Assembly (NCBI RefSeq): GCF_009914755.1
Contig: NC_060936.1
DNA from: the human T2T-CHM13v2.0 reference genome, Homo sapiens
DNA: 64,000 nucleotides
Strand: one strand, 5' to 3'
The position numbers and the translations under genes are program-made. The stretch's first letter is position 1; every line of letters begins with the position of its first letter. The notes under the pieces are model-generated. The model did no database searches. It was not told the DNA's origin and saw nothing but the letters and a program-made list of their open reading frames with translations. Of this stretch, positions 56,050 through 64,000 are shown piece by piece.

Positions 56050-57490
56050 TTGCCTCATAATATAGCACAGTGAGGCAATTCACAGGCATGGAAGTGGGAG
56101 AGGCTCTAGCTAAGAAGGCTTAAGAATTCATGAAAAAGAAGGAGGGAATGGTGGGCACAATATTTGGAGAGATGATTATGAGAATTTCCAAGACTTGAAA
56201 AATGATATGAATTCACAGACTGACAGAGCATTCCAACTAAGTACCTAATAGAGTAATTCAAAACTAAAACTACGCCTAAATATATAATGCTATATTATTG
56301 TTATTATATATCATCAGATTACTAAGGCTGAATGAAAATAGATAAATAAGCTTGAAAGGTACAAGAGAAAAAAAGCGAAGTATCTACAAAGGAATGACTA
56401 TTCTACTGACAGAAGTCTTCCCTTCTGCAATAACTGGTGAAAGAAAACAAAAAAACAACATCTTCAAAGTACTGAGGAAAATACCTGTCTACCTAGAATT
56501 TTATACCCAGATACATCAAGAATAAACCACATTAAGAATAAAGATAAAATAAAGAAATCTTCTAATATACAAACCCTAGAGAACTTAACACCTATAGCTC
56601 TGAGTTAAAGAACTGTTAATAGATAGATTTCAGCAAGAAAAAAGGTGAATCTAGAGGAAAGTCCAGGACACAATTTTAAAAAATGACAATGGGAATATGG
56701 TATATGACAAAGATTGTGTTACAAATTAGCAGGAGAAGATGGAAAAAGAACCCCAAAACAGGCAAAAGAATTTAACAATTCTAAGAAAAGGAAAGCTGAT
56801 TGACCAAAAAACATAAGAAAAAATCATTAATCTCCATGAGCAGGAAATTAAAACAAAGAGATAACATTTCACACACCTCAGAGTGGCAAAAATTAAAAAG
56901 ACTGATATCAGCGAAAGTTGGAAAATGATATGGAGAAAGAGGAACTATCATACACTGCTAATAGATATGTAAATTGCCCTAATCTATTTCTAATCTAATT
57001 AGAAAACTTTCTGAGGCTAGACTATCTGACACAGATGATGTGTAGACCCTTCTATTCAGGATTTTCAACCTAAGGCGACATGCCGCAAACATTTATTGCA
57101 GCATTATTTGTAAGAGTGAATGATTAAAAGCAATTACTCTACTAAAAGAATAACAGGTATATTGTGTAGGTTATATAGTTGCAAAACGGACACTAAAATA
57201 AAATTTTTAGACGTTCTTGTATCAAGAGTGATAAATCTTAAAACAATGTTAGGCAATAAAAACAAGCTGCAGGATAGTTATGATAATTTACATAATAATT
57301 TAAAACATGAAACAATGTTGGATGCTTACAAATATATAAGTTTAAAAAACATGCATGAGAAGATAAATACCAGATTCAGAGTAATAATTTACTTCTGGTC
57401 ATGGTGGGAAAAGAATGGGGTTTGGGTAAGTTACAGGGGGGAATTTCAAATATATTTTCTAATACTTTATTTATTTGAAAAATTAAAACA
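56050..57490 (+). mobile_element. Highly degraded L1M pieces (ORF1-like and 3' region)
   Basis: acatcttcaaagtactgagg..aa...cctagaattttatacccag and later cagagtggcaaaaattaaaaagactgat, both typical of old L1M. Confidence 0.6.
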
Positions 57491-58834
57491 TCTGTGGACA
57501 AGAAAGTAATGAACAAAGATATTAAGTGATTCACCTTGTCCAACAACTCCATTTCTCTGTCCAGTCCAGGCTGGTCATAAGAAAAAAAGGGAAGTACAAT
57601 GGAGTGACTGACAGGGCAAGGACTATCAGCTTAGATTAGGATTTAACCTTGTCATCACTGAAATACCTGTTAGTAACTATAGCTCTAGTTCATACCACAC
57701 CACTTAATTTCTAAAAAGAAAGACAATGAGAGAAGTCACTGGAGAGATAGTAAAATATTTTTAGACTATACGTTTGAGTTCTTCTAAAAACAGTAATTCT
57801 TGAATTGAATACTCCTCAGTGATGCTTAGACATCAACAGGATTTACTGCTGACCTGGGTCATTTACACTGAAGCTGAGGGAAACATAAAAAAAACATACA
57901 AGCAAGCATTTTAAGACATTCTCTTAGTTTAAAGTTTAAGTAGCTTGTTGCAGAAAAAAAATTGGAAAATAAAATATCTGTTCTCTAATCCTCCTGTCTG
58001 TCTTGAATTTCAAAGTTTGACCGTGGCTTTGATGTGCAGACTTCGTGCCTCAGGGCATGAAAGATTGAGTGCCCTTCTAACTTCTCTTTTCAGTAGAAGA
58101 AACCCTGATGAGGATGTGAAACAGGACTGCAGCAGTGAAGGAGTTACTGCTCCGTGGCTACTTTTTCTGTCTCCTTTCATTTTAGTTCTCTTAGGGTCAG
58201 AGTCAATAGCTGGATCTGGTAGACTCCATGGGTTAGTAAATTAGGCTGGGTTGAAAAAAAGAACTTGAAGCAGTTCAAAACTTCTTTGGGAGTTTTGAAC
58301 TCAAAACAGAGTTTTCAAGGGTTGGTTGATTGGTTGACATGGTACGTAAGTGAGTTAGTGAGTTCATTCAGAAATGTTACCTTCATGTAGGAAGACTAGG
58401 GATGAGACAAAGATAAAATTCAAACCTTTTAACCAGACTATAGCACATAGTCTACAGTGACATGATCATAAAATATACTGGAGTCTGAAGGTCTTCCTAA
58501 CTTTTTTGTAGATGCTGTTTTTCAGAAAACTCCAGGAAAAATCAAAGCATGAACATGTAGCTTCAATTATTTCTGGGTTTCTTAAAGTCAAAAACAAAGA
58601 TAGATTAAGAACCTGAGCAACAAAATAAAATACATTCAGCTACAGATTGAGACATACTAGATCCTCAATAGTTATTTATTGAATGAACTAAGTCAAATTT
58701 GGAGTTCTCATGTTATTGAAATTGAAATTTTTTAAATGTAAAGTTTAAACTAAGGACATTTCTTTAGGTCAGCCTATAGATGATGTCCAAGAATTCTCTC
58801 AATTCTAAAAGTGTGAATCAAAAATTTTTTTTTC

Positions 58835-59688
<854 letters not shown>

Positions 59689-60510
59689 ACCCCAAACCAA
59701 ATTATTTAACATATCTTCTTAATAAAATTCATACAGGTAAAATCTGTTTAATAGCTTCTTTAGAAAGGTGCAAAATGCATTATTTACAAGAATTTTGCAG
59801 GAGAGTGGGAGGGGGAGGAGAGGCAGGCATATATCGATCATGGATTTTAAAAAATGAGTATTTTTAAAGTTTTCCAGTGAATGAACTACTCAAGCAAAAT
59901 AGAAATGTTTTCTTTAAATTTCTACAGAAAGAGTGGTTTGATAAACACCACAAAACATATGTTTTACAACATTGGACAGTTTAAAATTTTATACTTCATA
60001 TGGAAAAATAAGTGCTATGTTCACAGGAAGAAATAAATGATCATATAACTATCATTGGTCTGAGCCAAAATTTATTTTCTGTTACTGGTCTGTTACTGAT
60101 ATCAAATTTCCTTTGCATGAGAAAAAGAAAAATAAACTAGGAATCTGGAGATACAGACTGTCATGTACTTGTTAAATTACCTTGGACAAGTAATTTAGTC
60201 TGTGAGTCATCATTATATTTATAGGTGGGACGGAGATATTTTATTTGCTCTTCCTAGATCTCAGGACTGTTGCAAAAGGAAAAATAAATGTAAAAGTTCT
60301 TCAAAAAGCAGAAAGCACCATATAAAATGTACTTTATTAATTACTGCTAAGAACATTCAATTCATGGTTACTGAGGAGTTTAGTGCCCACAGACAGTGAA
60401 AATTATGCGTGAATTTCTGGTAGGTGTAATCCTTGCTTAATTCAAGTATTGATATCGGCCTTTCTCTCTCCTCTTTCTTTTCCCTTTCTCCATTTACTTC
60501 ACTTCTGTAG

Positions 60511-60669
60511 AACCTCTACCTGTAACCAGTGTTTCCATATATGACTATAAACCTTCTCCTGAAACAGGAGTCCTGTTTGAAATACATTATCCAGAAAAAT
60601 ATAACGTTTTCACAAGAGTGAACATTAGCTACTGGGAAGGTAAAGACTTCCGGACAATGCTATATAAAG
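60511..60669 (+). CDS. PTPRO: PTPRO coding exon 3 (159 nt, phase 1-1)
   Basis: Long polypyrimidine tract ending ctgtAG at 60510 and donor GTAAG at 60670. In frame with exon 2: (K)[52 protein letters not shown](D). Confidence 0.97.
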
Positions 60670-61537
60670 GTAAGCAGCAAAAGGAAAGCTGAATCAATGA
60701 TGACCCTCACTTTTTACAAAGCTTTTCCCAAATGATGTTCTCTCTTACTGCAAAGAGGTTTTATAATTCACTATTTGACCTATAAATGAGCCATTAAAAA
60801 TAATTATTGATTTATGAAAATCGTGTTATGAGGAAGCCTAGAACATCTGGTTCATTACTTGAGAGTCGTGTGTCATGTGTTCAGCATGAGAAATACTCTC
60901 ATTATTGTCACTTACATGTTACTCTTCCCTAAGGCAGCATGCCTGGTGCAGGAAATAAATTCAGACTTAAGTTTAGAAGCACAAGTAACCGTTTCTTTCT
61001 GGGTATGATAGATGGGCATTTCTGGGACTGGGAAGTCAGAGTGGTGCCTTTTGCAAAGTTTCACTTGGAGATGATCCAACATCCTCAAATGCAATGCTGT
61101 ATGACCAGCTAAATGCATACATTAACATACAAAAATTAGTTTCGCTTTTTCACTGGCTTGATGGGAACCTTGAGGGGAAGGGAGAGAAAAGAGCCCAGGA
61201 GAAGTAATATTTCAAATTACTCAAAGGAACAAAATCAACTTCTCTGGGTGGAAGGGGCTAGAGGGAGAGGGAAGAGAGGGCATTCAGTTTCATTTGGGAG
61301 TGAATCCTAGTGAAGGAACTTGAATACGCTCAGGGCACATCGGGTGGGGGTGGGAGGTAGGTAATGATATCAGAGTTGGCTGACTGTAACTGGAAACATG
61401 TATTGGTGGAAAGAGAAAGTATTGAAGCACACAGAGCATGACATCCAGGAAAATGTCATTTTCACTTGCTGCTTTTACACACTCATTTCTTCAATGGATT
61501 TAGTTTTTCTGAGACACTATTTAAAATATATGCAGTG

Positions 61538-61849
61538 GGGCTGGGAGTGGTGGCTCACGCCTGTAATCCCAGCACTTTGGGAGGCCGAGGTGGGCAGATC
61601 ACTTGCGTTCAGGAGTTTGAGACCAGCCTGGCTAACATGGTGAAACACCGTCTCTACTAAAACATACAAAAAATCTAGCCGGGCGTGGTGGCGGGCGCCT
61701 GTAGTCCCAGATACTCAGGAGGCTGAGGCAGGAGAATCCCTTGAACCCAGGAGGCAGAGGTTGCAGTGAGCCTAAATCACATGACTGCACTCCAGCCTGG
61801 GCAACAGAGCAAGGCCCCATCTCAAAATGAATGAATGAATGAATGAATG
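61538..61849 (+). mobile_element. AluS element with an (AATG)n tail
   Basis: Full dimer. Perfect 14 bp TSD aaatatatgcagtg at 61524-61537 and 61850-61863. Confidence 0.95.
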
Positions 61850-62709
61850 AAATATATGCAGTGAATTTGGTTTTTTTAAACTTTGAAAAAATCAAAGAAA
61901 CACAAATTCCACAAAGTATTATGTTCTTTATTTACAATGAAAACAGATAATCTGCAAATTAATAAATGGAAAGTTATTTGTTTATAGATCACATGCAAAT
62001 ATATTTATGAATGATTAAAAAGCAATTACTGAAACTTTTGTTAACAATCATAAATTTTAAAATAATTAATATAATCCCATTCTTAAGTCAATTACTTTTT
62101 CAAACTATTTTTAGATTTCAATTCAATAAGTGGTACTTTTAGTTTTGTTCTCTCATTTCTTTTGAGTTGGATTGGATTTTTAGTTTATTGTTATTCTCTT
62201 TAAAGTTTTCTAAGTGGAATCCAAACTTTTATTATTTCTTTTTTTGGGCAGGTTCTGTCTGCAAACTGGCAAATAAACCAGTTTTAAATTAGGCTAGTTT
62301 TTCTAAATGAAAACTTTTCTTGGAAAATTGCTCTTTTTTTAGGTCATAAGGTGGCAAAATACCTTGGATTTTTATCTTAAAGTAAATGGCCAGTGTAAAC
62401 TTAACCTCTACAATTTCTTTATATTATCTCCTTCAATTAATACATACCCCAAAAGTTCCTATCACAAAAAGGTTAACTCCAATTGTGTTTGATCTGCTTA
62501 GGAATTTTGTCAGAAAAAGCCCTTCAGGATTGAGTCTAGACATTCAACGTTTCGTCTCTAGCCTTCTACTAACTCTTTATTACTGCCCATAACAGTAGTT
62601 GAAGGAAATATTATTTTGTGAATGTTTAGCCATAATTGTTTCAAACTTTCCAGAAGTGTGTGACGTTTAGAAGACCATATTTTTCATGTAATTGATTTTC
62701 TCTTCACAG

Positions 62710-62862
62710 ATTTCTTTAAGGGAAAAACAGTATTTAATCACTGGCTGCCAGGAATGTGTTATAGTAATATCACCTTTCAGCTGGTATCTGAGGCAACTTT
62801 TAATAAAAGTACCCTTGTTGAGTACAGTGGTGTCAGTCACGAACCCAAACAGCACAGAACTG
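62710..62862 (+). CDS. PTPRO: PTPRO coding exon 4 (153 nt, phase 1-1)
   Basis: Acceptor ttttctcttcacAG at 62709 and donor GTAAGT at 62863. In frame with exon 3: (D)[50 protein letters not shown]. Confidence 0.97.
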
Positions 62863-63307
62863 GTAAGTCTCCTGAAGAATCAAATACAGTGAAAAAATAA
62901 TTCAGTTATATTTTGCTGTACATTTATTTTTTATCCTAAGAAATATTCTGATCCAGAGCAAAGAAAGAAAATATATATGTTTAATAACCTAAAACAGATT
63001 TTCTATCAATATAAAAAGAACTGGGCAAAATATTCAATAAGAAAAATCTAAAATATGTCAATGTAATCATAGATTTCTAATCTTTGAATAAAAAGCTACT
63101 ATACTATTACCAAAGGTTATAATTAACTGACTTACCCAGATCTAGTAGACATCAGTTATTGCTGACAAGTGACCCTATGGCAGAAAACAGAGTGAAGACA
63201 TTCTAGTACAGATTATCAGATTATTAAAGGAAAATATTGAAATTCAAATGTATCTAAAACTTGCGGTGCTTGATTTTAGTAGCACCACTAATATGAAGCA
63301 CTATTGT

Positions 63308-63415
63308 AGGATGGATGGATAGTTGCATGGATGGATGGATAGATGGATGGGTGGGTGGATGGATGGATGGATGGATGGATGGATGGATGGATGGATGGAT
63401 GGAATAATGAATGGA
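63308..63415. repeat. (GGAT)n tetranucleotide repeat
   Basis: Read directly from the sequence; the longest pure run is about 63356-63402. Confidence 0.96.
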
Positions 63416-63919
63416 TAAAATAAGCATATATCTACTAAGTACCCATCACCAATATAAGCAAAATCGTATGTGCCTAGTATGCCTGAATACTCAATAGGAA
63501 TGCTGGAGAGGCCATTCTGATGAGCATCAGGAAGGGATTATGATAGATTACTTCTAAGGTCTTGACAATTTGAAATTCTAAGATGTCATGATTCTTATTC
63601 ATTAGTCTAAGACCAGGAAACTATTTCAGCTAAATCACTAATTCACCTAATGTCAACAGTTAAGATTCTATTTATGTTTTTCATTATTCAATGTAAGTAG
63701 AAAAACATTAATTGAGCACCTTCTACCTGGAAGTTGTTCTCAGTACTGAGACATGAAGACAAAGACTGATGAGACAGGATCCTTGTCCTCAAAAATTGGT
63801 ACTCATAATACACGAATGGCACTAACACAAGGCAGAATGAGATAAATATTATAACAGAGGTACAAAGTTATTTAACAACACAAAGGAAGGAGAGATAAAT
63901 TTTTATTAGAAGCTCATGG

Positions 63920-64000
63920 GGCCTAGCACGGTGGCTCATGCCTGTAATCCCAGCACTTTGGGAGGCCGAGGCAGGTGGATCACCTGACGTCAGGAGTTTG
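63920..64000 (+). mobile_element. Alu 5' part (continues beyond the window)
   Basis: ggcctagcacggtggctcatgcctgtaatcccagcactttgggaggccgagg... Confidence 0.93.

Noticed and set aside
62692-62892. ORF-track peptide [12 protein letters not shown]... as the exon product
   Set aside because: Wrong frame; the spliced PTPRO frame reads [14 protein letters not shown].

Overview
Primate, almost certainly human, genomic DNA from inside PTPRO (GLEPP1, receptor-type tyrosine phosphatase O) on the + strand. The window covers the distal ~47 kb of intron 1, coding exons 2, 3 and 4 (47242-47515, 60511-60669, 62710-62862; all with canonical AG/GT sites, splicing into one open frame of the extracellular fibronectin-III region) and the start of intron 4. 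Most of the rest is interspersed repeat: a long old L1PA15-17-like element carrying a nested full-length RPS2 processed pseudogene and a FLAM, a near full-length minus-strand L1M, a young 5'-inverted L1PA2-like insertion, about a dozen Alu-family elements, solo LTRs (MER57, MER4, MER41B, MER67-like, MLT1, MLT2), hAT-type MER elements, L2/MIR relics and microsatellites. I found no new gene, RNA gene or CRISPR-like system, and the other ORFs in the track are repeat-derived or spurious. The most unusual structures are an Alu with a twin-priming-type inversion inside a perfect TSD, a ~165 bp inverted duplication ending in an orphan A30 tract, a ~190 bp direct duplication near exon 2, a possible Alu-L1 chimera, inverted Alus around symmetric exons 3/4 (a stop-free circRNA frame), and a MER41B with one intact GAS site. 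Repeat subfamily names come from recalled consensus sequences and are provisional.
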